Assembly (NCBI GenBank): GCA_965235115.1
Contig: OZ249445.1
Span: forward strand, 8,246,001 to 8,310,000
Length of the DNA: 64,000 nucleotides
Source of the DNA: Laetmonice hystrix
Taxonomy: Eukaryota
Direction: 5' to 3'
The notes below the pieces were generated by a model that saw nothing but the letters and a program-made list of their open reading frames with translations, was not told the origin of the DNA and did not search any database. Each line of letters begins with the position of its first letter. Within the stretch, counting starts at the first letter, position 1. The position numbers and the translations under genes were made by a program. Shown here piece by piece: positions 13,029 through 27,000 of this stretch.

Positions 13029-13283
13029 ATGGGATTTATTTCAAGGAAATTAATGGCAGTCAGGAGTCATAGTATGATTATTTATTGCAATTTTAGCCAT
13101 CTTATATGGAATGTAGCGTTCTGTGCAGGGTTCTGGCCATTTTCCATAGAAAGTGAAAGATGGGATTGATTTCAAGGGAATTGATGGCAGTTTGCAGGAG
13201 TCATGGTATAATTATTTATTTCAATTTTAGGTTATATGGTGTGTAGCGTTCTGTGCAGGGTTCTGGTTTCCACAGAAAGTTGA
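13029..13283. repeat. Diverged tandem duplication, unit about 131 bp, 2 copies
   Basis: Units start at 13029 (atgggatttatttcaagg) and 13160 (atgggattgatttcaagg); both contain atggcagt, caggagtcat and tgtagcgttctgtgcagggttctgg. Confidence 0.85.
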
Positions 13284-16200
13284 ACTGAACACGAGCTTGT
13301 AATTAGCACTCGGCAGATGTAGTTTAATAAGCTCAGTATATTGTTTTGTTACTGAGCGTTCAGTATATAAACAAAAAAATTCACTAAACGAGGTAATTAG
13401 CTGTAGTTTTCTGTAATTAAGGGTTATTAGTACCAGACAGACGCGTATTTAGCGAGCGAAGTTTGGAGATAACCAGCCCGAACTTTAATAGAGCTGGACG
13501 ACTGCGTCTATCCAGAAAGCACATAGAGCGAATAAAGAGGGTATTTAGAGATGGAAGGATGAGGGACGTAATATCACAAGGGGTAAAGAGAGATGAGATC
13601 TAGATAAATAGACATAGAGAAAGCTTCTTATATACTCGCAGGTCCCCACGTTCTCAGAGAATGGGCAATCTGACTCGACACCTTGAATGGATTGAGGTAT
13701 TATGACCAAGAAGGGAAGACCTTCGAGTGATATCCAGCGGTTTTCATGGAAAACTGCATACAGGTCAATTCGACACGTCCATGTTTTAAAGTCTATAGTT
13801 AATATGCCATAGCATTGTGTTTATTTCTATCTCTAACTGGTCGCGTGCATGCAGCGGCATAAAAGTTGGTCGGAACGATTCGGTGTTCCACTGTTACGCA
13901 CCGGAAATTGGAGAAGAGTGCATTTTGATGTATCCACGGCCACGAAAGCAATTTTCCATGCAAATGCTTGTCAGACTAAGCTCCATTTGCTTAGTCTGCC
14001 GTTCGGATGGTTTTTCCGACATGGAAGTGCTCACGGATCGCAGTGCCCTACAAAGCGAAGGTTTTATGAACGAAGGCTTTGTAGTTGGAATCCACGGCTC
14101 TCAACAGCTTTGATTGAAATTTGACATACAAATATTCTATTCCAACTCCTAGATCTGGTTGACATATAAATATTCCCTTTCAACTCCCCCGAACTGGTCA
14201 ATCTTCGATCTATTATACTGGCCAAACCCAGCAGACTTTCTTCCATATAAAACAAACCGGGTGACATAATCCCTCATTGAGAGTTCTGAGAGGGTCGGTT
14301 ACTTATATTTTAGGACTTGTAATGTATCGAGATAAGTATTTCGGGGGGCAAAGATCAGTGTAGTTAAGTGGCGCAGAATGAGGCCTTGATGCCTGAACAA
14401 GTAATACCTTATAAATTTGCCATTTTCTTCGGATAAAAGAAGAAGAAAAATGAAATGATAGAAGGACAGGTGCGTGTCTAATGTATTGTAATAAGAGACT
14501 ACCAATGTAACAAATTTTCTGATGGGGAAATACGCGACATTACATGAAATTTCAGAGTATTCTTTTTTGTCTGAGGAAAGCGAAACACGAGAATGGACTT
14601 ATAATAACAGGCCGCCGGGCAATACGGGAGACTGTTCTTGTCGCGCGTGTATCATTCCAAACTGCATAACACAAGTCTTTCCAAAGTACGTACCTAGAGC
14701 TTTGCAAACCGAAAATCCGATATTGCTGGAGTTTTTAGCGAAGTAAAAGAAAAGAAGTAATATAGATATTTCTAGTATATGTTTCAAATTGTTGCATACC
14801 CGTTAATATCAGGGCATATACGTCAAGGGAAATTCATACAGTACTGTATGTAGTTGAAACGGAAGAACCATTTGAAAATGGTTGTCGAGGTGACTGTGGC
14901 AGTACGGTGCGCTTACGCGGATTCCTTTATGCCTGGTTGGAAAGTACTAACAAACGCTCCCAATTCATAGGCCCCCATAACTACATCTCGGAAACGGCTG
15001 TATGTGCACAGAAAGGAAAGGAAAAATACGTTTTATCAGTTACCAAAACGTGTACGTACATACATAGGGAGACATTCCGCTTGGCTGACGTTGGCATGGG
15101 TGCACCTTATGATACAAACATCAATGATCTAAGAGTAGATTGTCCTCGTGCCTCATGGGTTACTTGCTCTATTGATGGAAAACCTTGAGTTATAAGATTA
15201 GCTCACATGTTGAGATAGCATGACACAAGCAACGTATAAGTTGGACATGCACATGAGAGCTATTATATTTCGCATAGTTATTATTTGAACGCCAAGACTT
15301 AATGAAAATCTTTTCGTATTGTAATGGAGGCAAAACATAGGTAATTAATCAGTGTACGTAATGTGATGCACTTGAATTTTTCTCTACGTAGCTAATCGTA
15401 AACATGAAACATTCATGCATTGTAATCTTTGGTACGTTAAACAGAAGTGGCTTATAACGGTGCCATGCAATAAATCTCGGCCGTGTAGCAAAATGAGAAC
15501 GGAATATTTTAAAGGCCTAACTTCGGTGGAATCAAATTGCACGAGAAAGTGAAATTTGAGTATAAGCATGCGTTATTGGCCCCTCGGACAAACGTATTCG
15601 ATCCAGGCTTCGAGAGGTTTAGGATTACGCAATCTCTGATGCCAGTAAAGCGATACGTCAGGAAAATAAAATACTGTCGGGATATATAATATATTTAGTA
15701 TTAGAGTAATAATCTGGATTAGATAGTCCATGGCAAGAAACCCAGTGAGATCATTTTATATCGGACCAGATAACGTATGTTGATAGTGTAATCTATGTGT
15801 GGGAGACTGAGGTAATTATTACCAGTTCGATAGACAAGGCTCATAGCATTTACCATCAGATTATACCATGACCTTGGACAAGTTTTCTTGTCGTCTATCG
15901 TCGAGTTTCGTTGTTGAAGTCGTCGATTGTTTCAGCTTATGAATATTGTTTCTTATCACCGTCTGTGATATGAAACCCACCATTGTGAGAGGTGTGCAGC
16001 GCTAGCGGTAGGCAGACGTACGCACTATGATATTTGCAAAGAGTGTCGACAGCCAAGGTCTCTATGTTTAAATTGCCCTCCTCAGGGAGATATTTGGCAG
16101 ACAAACTGAGCGAGCTGGTCCATAAGGCAATGCTGCTAAAAGGCCCCACGCATTATTGCCAAGCCAACCATGCCTTGGAGAACGGCAAGGTTTTAGCCTA

Positions 16201-19018
16201 ATGCAATTGTCTAGTACATGGCGACCCGCACCGTCAAAGAACAGGGCAATGTAGTTGGGGTCACCGACACAAAATGCGCTCGCCATTCAGCTTTTGCACC
16301 ACAAGGAAATATTGCTGCAGTTCTGTACCACAGATGTAATATTTGCCTTTACAAACTCATCAGCGTTGTGGAGTATCGTAGTGTTGTACATTCCCATTTG
16401 CTACAATATCTGACTAGAGATACTGTGGTTTGAGTGTTAGTTATGTCGCTATGTCTGCCGGTTGTAATAACCCTGTACGCCGAGATCTCTGTCTGAATCT
16501 CAGTGGCCCCCTCTACGGTTAGGTTATTCTCATTCCGAAATCTTATACATACATGTACCCATCTGGTTCAGTTGTAGCAAATATCATGCTTTTGTAGACG
16601 AAATTTATAGAATAAAGCCGTTTAAACTTGTGAACTTTTCCCTTCTGTCGCCTGATGCGTGCCGTGTTAAAAACGTGGGCCCGTGTGGATGGGTCCGGCT
16701 GAGAGCTAAAGTGGGTTCTCCATTAACGTGATGGTCCGGCCATGCTTTTGTGATGTTTGCAAGCGATAACTGCATACACTGGTTCTGAATCGCACCGAGT
16801 CAAGTGATGATTATTATCCAGGCGATGACCATGCCCATTGAGGTGATACTGTCATAGATATAATATTATAGGAGGATGCCACGATTGTCATGTTCACAAA
16901 AGGCTAAGTTACATATATGATAATCAGGAGTTCAGTTCTTATTAGTGGAATGTATAAAAAACAGTTTGATATTCATCGGATGGCCAAACGATGTGGCATA
17001 CAATATAGGCTGCGCGCTGCGTCTCATGGTGACTGGCGTTCTGTAGCCGTCATCGTATCCTTGAGTATCGTGTGCGGCGCCCACGACGTGGGACGCCAGG
17101 CTCGCCCCTGACATAACCCGGTGACATGGAGGGCTCTATTAGTCAATATTGAAGACTGGCGTCTGGTCAACTTTGACGAAGAAGCATAACGGAAGACGGA
17201 TTGAGTAATGGCCTCGTGGGGGCATGTGGTCCCAGAGCGGGCGACCTATCAGAGACAAGCAAGCTCCTTACTTGACAAGAGTTCCTCACCGACCTGAAAT
17301 GGATGGATCCCTTGAGATTTCCTATCGCATATCAGGCGTCGCCTCAGGCGTGGTGAGGCGTTATTTATTAGAGAACGCTTGTAGTATCGAGTCATCCTTA
17401 GCACGATTCCGACAACTGATAGTCAGCCTTAGACAAGTAGAAAAGAACTATGCCCATAGAAAAAGGTCGCACGTGTAAAGTGATGCGTATCCTTGGGACT
17501 AATTCAAAATTATGATTCCTGGACCCGGTGTTGACGGGTGATTTTTGCGAATCCTGAAACAATCGATAATTTGGTAATAATATTTGTGACGTAAAGATAT
17601 CAGTTAATGTGCTCGCGGCCAAGGCACGTCTCGTAGATAATGAACCATATTGGTGTGCCTGACGTGAAATGAACGCTTGCCGTAACAGCAGCGTCCACGG
17701 CCGAGCCTGACTGCAGGTTGTCCGTCGCGCACTTCCCGCCACTGAGGCCTTTAATGTAGTTGTTGATTGGTCAGGAGATCGCCAATCGCAGGTCATCGGG
17801 CCGGACAGGTCAATGTACTCAGTTTGCAGGGCTGGGCGGCTGTAGTGTATGTCCGAATCTGTTTGAGGTTTAAAAGGGTTGAGGGCTCTATTGGCAGTTT
17901 GTTATGTGGGTGGGTTAGGGTTCGGTGTGACGTTTTACCCCCTAGGTTTATCCTAACGTTTTTTTCTGGTAGGGTTATCGAGTTTTTCCCCTTGACGAGA
18001 CTCGTCACATAGGTAAGCTTATATCGTAGTTAGGGGTTCGTTTCTCCACTTAAATGCTGCAGTATTTTTGTCTCAGTGATGTATTTTATTCTTGCTATCA
18101 TCACCATGGGCTATATGGATGATCGAATCCACCTGGACGGGTGCATGTAGTTATAGGACACCGTTATAATCCTACATGTTGGGCTGCCTTATACGGAAAG
18201 TCTATACCCATGAATCGGCGTATTCTTCACAGGGAGTTGCCGAGATTGTCATAGAAACAAACCGAATACGGAGACCGGATATGTAAATGACTCTGTGAGA
18301 GTGTCCCGTCCTATGTAATTCATGATCATCATGACTGTGGTCATACTCCAGCTGTCACGAACATTGGCATCATCTCACGGAGAACCATGAAACCCCGTCT
18401 TCTTGGGGAAACTTGAACTGCAGAGATAAGGTAATGAAGAAAGATAATATTGTGTTCGGATGGAATCTCATAGGGCCCAACGCATTATCAGCTGGATAAT
18501 AGCGCCTCCACGTAGAAAACAGTAAATAACAGTAAATAAAAAGGGTCCGACGATTTTTTTCGGGCAGGCGTCCGTTTTATACCTCAGGAAGAGAATCATA
18601 TTGATCAAATGCCTGGTAGCTAAAAGTATGGCACTGGTGTGGATTAACCATCACTTTTCTTGTGAGAAGTCCTACGCGCTTTCATTCGAAAAAGGATGAA
18701 TTGAATTGCAATCGACAAAACATATCACAAAGACCATTACGTTGATCAAAACTAATTTACAGCGTCCCCCCGAGGAAGCGGCCGGGCCTTATCTCTGAGA
18801 CCGCACACATGACGATTTGCGCTGGCTGCTGCGCCAGCTTCTCTACGTTCTAATCCAATCGACTTAAGTCGACTTGAAGGCTAATATAGAGATGTTGTGA
18901 TGGATTGAGATGAACAGTATAGCCGGGGTGCTTGTACGGGTGCTCTTTCATTAGGACCAAGCCTCTGGCTCTAGAACTTCTTCAGCTCCCCGGCACTCGT
19001 CGTTTGATGACGACTCAC

Positions 19019-19032
19019 CTGCCCCCTGGCGG
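19019..19032 (-). promoter_or_regulatory. CTCF-like motif
   Basis: CTGCCCCCTGGCGG, reverse complement CCGCCAGGGGGCAG, near-perfect CTCF core. Motif match only. Confidence 0.4.
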
Positions 19033-22000
19033 AGGCGCGCTAAGATGATCAAGACCTGTTTCAAAAGCCGACGTTTCGACGTGGTCCCCCCGCATTGCTG
19101 GTTGGCATTCGGCAGCAAGTTCCGGGCCAGGGCCAGGTAGCATCAAAGATTCTTGTTTTGACACAGCGACAGGCAAGAAAATTGTTAGCCCGCTCCTCAT
19201 TGCTGAAGGCATTTTGGGATCTCTTGAAATATTGTTAGGATCGATCCAATTCTCGTCGGAACAATCGCCCGTAGTGTGGACCCCTGTCCCCGGCCTTGAT
19301 TCCCCGCCATAGGGAGGAGCACAGGGCATGAATGAATCTTTCTTTTATGATGGCAACAGCCATGGCTGTTCGAGAAACTAGACTAATTCTTATATCAATT
19401 ATTCAAGCTGGTATGGATGTTAAACACTGCTAATGAGAACTCTGAAGGAATAACGGAGTTTACGGCAACCTTTCCGGCATCCTTCGTCACCGCTGTGGGT
19501 AGATTTACATCCATATAGTCTGCCAGTAACTATGGTATAGATCCTTAGGAGGGATACTTAGGCAGGTATGCCGCTGTCCCAGGAATATAAGAAAAGCATG
19601 TATATATAGCATGTAAGAAAAGCATATATATAGCAGCCAAGGATTCTTACAATTCGTACGGACATCATTTTGACATATGTTATTATAGTACTCTACTATA
19701 ATATTAGCACTTAGAGAATCCTGATGTTGGTGAGGTGAACAGGTCAGTCCCCTAACTGGTCGTCTTTCTGAATATACCGTCACAACAGTACGGAGGAGTA
19801 TAAGTTAAACAATAGGCAGTTACCGACCGAGTCAGTCCTACAAAAGGGAATTTGATGGGTGACGCAAATAACATGTTACAGTATGGGATTATATTTGTAG
19901 AAATACTGCGAACGATCTTTTAGAAGACAACGTAAAGCTGAGATACCTGTGAAGAAATATCTAGGGCGAGGGTAATTTAATCGGTATTATATGTCAGTAA
20001 GCCTACAGATATACTTCTCAGTAAATTGGATGACGCTGATGCGCTGTATACACGTACACTACAAAGATGTGAAAGGGAACAAAGTAGTGAACAGAATTAA
20101 GATGACTGTCCTAGGTACGTCTCGTATTACTGCTACCTATGTGGGCAGATAGAAAAAAGTAATGAAACGCCTTTCACGTCGGATTGTGAGGACTTCTCTT
20201 CGCTTAACTGTAGTCAGAGGATTAAATTCTTTGGCTGTTTAAATGACCCGTCTCGAATGGTGCCCGGGTTGACGGACAAGTAGGGCTTACACATTGTGGT
20301 AAAACGACTCTGGAGGAGCCAAGATATCTTTTTGTCAATTTAAGTATGTAAAGACGCCAAGGGTATATGGATACTTTGACGGGTATGTCCAAGTCTAATG
20401 ATGCGTCGGCACGCCCAACGTGCTGCTGGAAGTTATTTAGAAACTGCATCGCTTTCTATATCACACTGGGAATGTACATCTCAATCACAGACTGAAGAAG
20501 ACCATTTCTTCTAGTTCGTGATGCTGATTTTTCCAAGACACTAAGCATGGAGATGGGTCGGGTTACAATTGCTGGGCGGTCATCGAATAACTTTAATCAT
20601 CTCCTCAACGCCTTGGGCGAGACAAGGATGAGGAGGGGGCTTGAGGTAGACCGGTGCAGTTAACAACAGAGGCATTCTTAGCATGAAATATTGATGTGGT
20701 AATTGATCAAAATTTCTAAATTAGTGGACGGGGAAATATGATATTAGCCATAATCACACGGTCTGTCATTACATAGCGGCCAAGGTATGTAAAGTGTGTA
20801 GCATATGGTGTGTGTGTGTCGGCGCGGAACACGCTCCCAGTGGGCACGTTTAGTAATGATGACGTGTGGTGGTTGGCCACTCGGGATTCACAGCCTATAG
20901 ACGGATGATGATAATACTTGCATCTGCTAACAGTGGCCAATGCGCACAACTATCATGGCCATTGCGGCCGCTCACACATCTGTATGTAGTGACGTCAGTC
21001 TAATTACACGGCTTACTCATCATCCATTATTTGACAAGCCTTTTCCATGTGTAAATTATTCCTGCCCGGGGAGAGGTGTAACGGAGACATAATGTGACAT
21101 TATGTGGCTCAAACTCATTGCATGTATATTGCGTGCGCGATCATGATCATCCCCAGATTGACGTCAAGATTATGTTACGGCAAAATTTGCATGCAATTGT
21201 AAGTAGTGTTATCAAAAAAGTAATTCGGAAAACATAATCAAATGTGACACAACCATATCTCATCCAGAAGATTCGCCATTTTGTAGCGCCTCACCTCGAC
21301 AGCGTCATATCAGAGTGTTTACTCATTACGCGTTATGGAGATCCATGAGGATTTTACCTTCGAGATGAACACGCCACAGAAGGATTATCCCCATGCATGT
21401 AGACATACCGAGGATTAACGTCAGCTATATAACGTTACGAATCTTCTTTTGAAAGTGACGTGCGTGCTTTACCGCCAACTGATGGCCCTTAATCTCCCAA
21501 GTGATTCAAAAATATGCAAAATTTACAAAGTGTCTTTTTAAAACAGCTCATCTGCTTTTATGCCGTTATGCAGAAACATCCACGAGACCCTGTTAACTCT
21601 CGTATAGTGAAGAAATCCGCTTCATTTGCCTTCTATAAATCAGGCAGAACATTTCCTGACCTGTGTACCGTACTTGAAGCACGGTCACGCCGACTATAAT
21701 CTACCGAGGAGTATGTACGACTCTCCTGTGTGATTTTATCCTGCATGATTACAGGCAAGGTTTAATGATCTCTCCAACATCGCCAGCCCCACTTTTCATC
21801 TTCAAACTAACGCGTGTATAAACGAGGTCCGCCAAACACTTGGCACGTTAGATAATAAGATACAAGATTATCAATAGGACCTCCCCATGTTATTTTAGGT
21901 GAGAATTCATCGTAATAACGGTAAGCTCCCAGAGGGACTGTAATACGCCCGCTCCGTGTGGGCACACATAGCGGGCCATAGACAGTCTTGCTCTATAATG

Positions 22001-23549
22001 AGAACTCGTGAGGTCTATGATGTGAGCCGTGTGGCGTGACGTAGGGTTGGACCTAAGGATGGAGTTTCCCTGCAGAATCAGACAGTGGTGACGCCGCCCC
22101 CCCCCCTTCCCCATGCCGACCATTGTAACGATATAGCAGGCCACCCAACAACCAAAGACCCTTTTAATCATATCTGTCTTGTCTTAGAACCGATACTTGA
22201 ACTCGTGGCGGCATCAAGCGGTGCTTCTATTCAAGTCGGACCGCTACCATGATCATTCTTTCATGTCGGTGCAGTGGACGGGTGATAACCACATTACGAT
22301 AGAGCCAGTCAATCGATCGACTGGTGCAGCGTTGATTTCCTACCCGATGACCTTAAATAGATGCCGACCGGATCGGGCGAAGGGGACGATCATGGAGGAC
22401 ACTCCCTGCCAACGGCCGTTTCCGTGCCAAGGACCCGTGCCCGTGTCCGCTTCATGGTACGGTAATATTACCGGGCTTGGCGGAAGAGATCGAAGGCCCG
22501 TGTTTCTCGAGTTGTCCATGAGGTTCTCATTCCGAAATCCCATCCCGGAGTTGGTAAGGTTAGGTCTGCTTATAATGGCCGCATCGAAATTATCTCTCAC
22601 TACGAACATGTACCGGTTACACTGTTTTCTTCCCCTGTTCCCTCAGGCTTTTTTAAAAATTCTGAACAAGGAAGACATTCTTTTCAAGCTTTGATCCCGG
22701 ACCGACAGTGGTCGCTCCATGTTAAAAAATGAATAACTAAAAAAGAGAAAAATAATAAAAAGAATGCAAGAGCAAGGTAGGCCGTCTCCATCGCATGTCA
22801 GGCATCAATTTGTAGCGTCTATTGGATGACAACGTTAGTGCCGATGTGCGTGCAGATCGGACAGTAGACGGAGTATGCTGATCACACGTTGGCATGATCG
22901 AAACATTATCACTAACTCACAATGTCTCTACTCGACGGAAGTTACCATCATTCGACGGTGTATCACGGCAAAATCCAACATGGAAAACATGGAAAAGCAC
23001 TATGCATTAGCTGCAATAACGTATCGCTTCATTAGACAGCAACTAACTCGGTAACAAATGGGTGAGCAGCGTTGCTGGAGTTTAATAGGCAACCGAGATA
23101 CGGCGTCCCGAAGAGACAGTAGTCAGCTAATATTGCATAACTGAGAGCTTTATGAGGCATCACCAGGGGAATATAGGCGAAGGAAACAGATGGGCCACAT
23201 GAAAAACGACATATTACAATCAATGGCATAACTATGATTCTCATGAATTATTTGGAAGAGAAGCATTAAAACAACCGGTCACGCACCGGTGGTTAACGTC
23301 AGCGGGACCCCCGGGCCGTCAGCCTACCATTATTATAGATAAATCCTACTCTCAGTACCCCCACCTGACTTTGTAAATATGCCATGCAGCCTGTCTCTTG
23401 TCCTTTACATGAAAGCCATGATGAAACCTTACCCTGTATCATTATAAATAATCGGCGTTCAGTTCATTTTCTTCTTAATAGGATGGAATCAACATCATTA
23501 GTGAAAAGGACATTTCGGGACAGACGTGTGTATAATTATTGTACCTGTG

Positions 23550-24012
23550 CAGGGTGTCAAACACACTGGAGTTTTCAAAATATAGGAAAAAATCATCTCA
23601 AAATGTATGAGAAATATAGGAGCGTAATTGAAGAAAACGGATCCATTTTTAATATTACAGCAATACCATCACCACTTACAGCAGAGGAGGGGTTTATCAG
23701 AAATATGTTTTAGGAACTGTCACCTACATGTATGCTTAAAATCGGAAAAATATGCCAGCATCTACCTTCGCAAGAACCAAAGAAACAAACCATAGAAGTA
23801 AATCTCTGGAGGCCAACGCCCTGTCCGTCTTCAAGGGAGCCATAGCCTTATTAGGCATAATATTAAGGTCACTTTTCATTTCGAAATAAGAAATGATTTC
23901 TCATACCATGTATTTTCCGAGATCTGCTGAAAAAAGTGGTAGTTTTATAGGAATTTTGCGAAAATATAGCACTTTGAAATATAGGAAAATAAAGGCGTTG
24001 CCTGATCCCCTG
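23550..24012. mobile_element. Putative hAT-type MITE with CAGGG...CCCTG ends and 6-bp flanking direct repeat
   Basis: cctgtg|CAGGGtgtc ... atcCCCTG|cctgtg. Subterminal motif AATATAGGA at 23579, 23613 and 23978, with variants at about 23946 and 23963. Terminal match is only 5 bp. Confidence 0.5.
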
Positions 24013-27000
24013 CCTGTGGGAATACCCGTCCGGGGGTGGGGGCGTCAAGTGATAATAACCATCCGTTTCTCCCGGCCACAATATCTGTTTGCTGTTTGCT
24101 TCCTCCGCCCTAACTCCTCGAAATGGTATGGATCATTCCACGAGTCTACGAGTTGCATTGTGTCTTGATTTTCTTCTCGGTCAAATGGGTTGTGCATAAC
24201 GCATCAGAACACGTGAAGTAAGTGGTCGTATAGCAACCTACTGACATGACCGTGGAAGCGTCCATTATATGACTGTATGCAGAGATGATTCAGATATGAA
24301 TCCCATATCTGCTGCTCAGGAAGCAATTTGTTAGAGACAATGTTTCCAGGACGATTCATTTTTTACAAACGTGAGTTAGGCCTGATAGGACCGAGGCACG
24401 CCACAACGCGATCCATGACTGAACAACCAATTGTGATGGTTTTTGTTCTTATAATTCATAAATATAGAATACATAGACCTATGAATCTGTTATCTAAATG
24501 CATCAGTTTAAGATTGCTGTCTGTGAGAATCAAATGGTCCTCAGATCAGGTGGAGACTGACGAATCAATCATACCTGGCACCGTGAAGAAAACAATAATC
24601 ATAACAATACGAATTTTTAAGTAATTATTCCAATTGCCCCTTCTTATACTTCATGCACAAATGGCGAACAAGGCATTTGTCTTGACGGTATCGTGGCTTC
24701 CCGACTACTTGAATCAAGTCTATACCTCGGAGCTACTTGTCCAGTGGTTATCGGCACATGTTGCGTGGTCTGCAGAACTGGTACCGGTCTGCAGCAGTCC
24801 CTATCCTACTCCGTCCGTATCCACGGCGTCATAATCGCAATCCTTTCGACATTCGGCCAAAGCCCCATCAAACACTGCATCGTTTCGTACTCTAATGATA
24901 GTATTTGGCAGTGGTAGTATTACTGTAACCTGGTCAGCGTTATTATACTATAACTCGTTTTATTACACACACAAAATATGCATTATCTGCAGAATTTAGA
25001 GATTCCCCAAAGTTATTGAAATGACACTTCTTTAGACTTTATTTGATTTACTTATATAGGCAAATGAAACTTCTTTCCTTTACATATGTAATATCAATTT
25101 CTGATTAAACCGAGTCTCAGTCCGATCAAACATACTAATTAATTGGCACACCATGGAATGATATCCAGTGGAATACCCAGGCCTGGTGAACAGGGATTAT
25201 CCCCAGCTCTCCATTAATATCAGCATAATTTATCCGTGAGCATAGATTATTCTATATATAGGCAGTCACTGTGATGTCAGAATCTGGCCGTGGTCTTGAT
25301 AGCACTCAGACATTATCGCAGTCACACATTCTGACGCTAGCTGCTATTCTACAGACAGCCATCACACCACATTAAACTGTAAAGGGGGCGAGATGTAAGA
25401 GTATCAGCCGGAATAACCGGTATCAAGTCCGGGTTTTATAAAAGATCTCACAAACGGCGGATGTGTAATATCCGCAGATGGCATTGCGGATGCGAATATT
25501 TGTTGTGTTGTTGTGATGTGGCCAAAAACAGCCACAGCCATCAAGGCCTTGTATCCACCGGATATTGCGGTGCCGGAGAATCTGCCGGCGACGGGATTGC
25601 AATTATTATATCGAAAGAGATATGCCTTTAAGGGGAGGAACATTTTGAGACACATGATATCCATGTAAGCTATCGAAGGAAACATCGGTAGGAGCCTTTT
25701 TTGTAAAGATTGAAAAAAATTATCCTTTGTATCTTGATACATGGCCGCCATTGCCTTGGGAGAGATATCGTTATGCCGGTGGATCTTGAAGAGGACCGTT
25801 CCACGTCACGTGCAGTTTGATAGTCTGTTTTAGTTACACAGTCTTTTTGGAATTTGTCCTGGGCATTACAAGGAGATAGAAACATGAAACATGTTCACAT
25901 GCAGCCGCATTTTTGAGATAACGGTTACTTTGAACGTTACCAGCAAGCAAAGAACTATTTATATAGGCAAAAAAAAATGAAAAATGCGGCTTGATTTTCC
26001 CGTACGTGCTCAGCAAGCAGACCCCTTACCTGTTCTCATCATCATGCATTTAGTGTATGCCACGGGAACCTGTCACTGATGAGACGCCAGCAATGTGAGA
26101 TTACCCGTCTCTACAGGTATATTTTAGTTCCATTACACCTGTTCTAATAACTTCACTCGAGATGAGACTGAGACGGCAGTTTCCCCGTACAGACCAGACG
26201 AGGCCCCACCTTATCAAATGAGACCCGACCCATAGCGGGAAAACATGACAGTGGTGGCGTGGCCATCCTACCTTTGCCCTTATTAGGTTACGTTTCGAAA
26301 TGGTGGAATTGAGAGTCCGGCATTCTGCATGGCAAGCTTGAGGGAACCCCCATCAAGCAGGAAGTCCATTGTAATTCTTTCTTTAAATGGACGGTATTTT
26401 AGTCAGTGTGAGGGAATAACAATTAAAAGAAGGCACCCCTTTTATATACTGACCCCTTTTGTGTTGGCCCGGCCAGGGTAGGCTGTATGTAAACTTTGTA
26501 AAGCATCTTGGTTTTACCGTCTCTTTGATATTCAGTTAAATCTCTGTCAAACATAATATGTCAAGTACCTTATTTCAGGCAACGTAAGATGAATGAACAA
26601 AGGGTATCTTCCGCGAGCTTTTTCTGCATCATAAGAACATTGCTAATTCGTCATGGCAATTTGAACTTCTGTATCTTCCATGCACCAAAAATGAAAAAGA
26701 AAATTAACACGAGTCATAGATTTCTTTTGATATCGTTCCTTAATGAAAAAAACACCACCAGAGAAAAAAAGGTGTGGCCCCAATTGTATGTGTATTGTAA
26801 TTATGTTCAAGTTGAGAAGGATAATTACAATAAGGTAGTGGCTGTGTGGGAGAATGGGAGCGTGGAGTGAACCATTTATATATCATAGTCAGGCTGTACA
26901 TGTTGTGAACATACATGTCGTGCAGCGTTAGGCCGTCATAACTGAATAATGACGACAGCTTCGTGCAGCAGATATTTCATAGAGGCCCTTTCCCTAATTC

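Noticed and set aside
18859-18872. Perfect 14-bp palindrome TCGACTTAAGTCGA
   Set aside because: About four such palindromes are expected by chance in 64 kb.
22197-22694. 165-aa ORF, with the overlapping minus-strand ORF 22340-22609
   Set aside because: TTG start and no domain similarity recognised; consistent with a chance ORF in a GC-richer patch.
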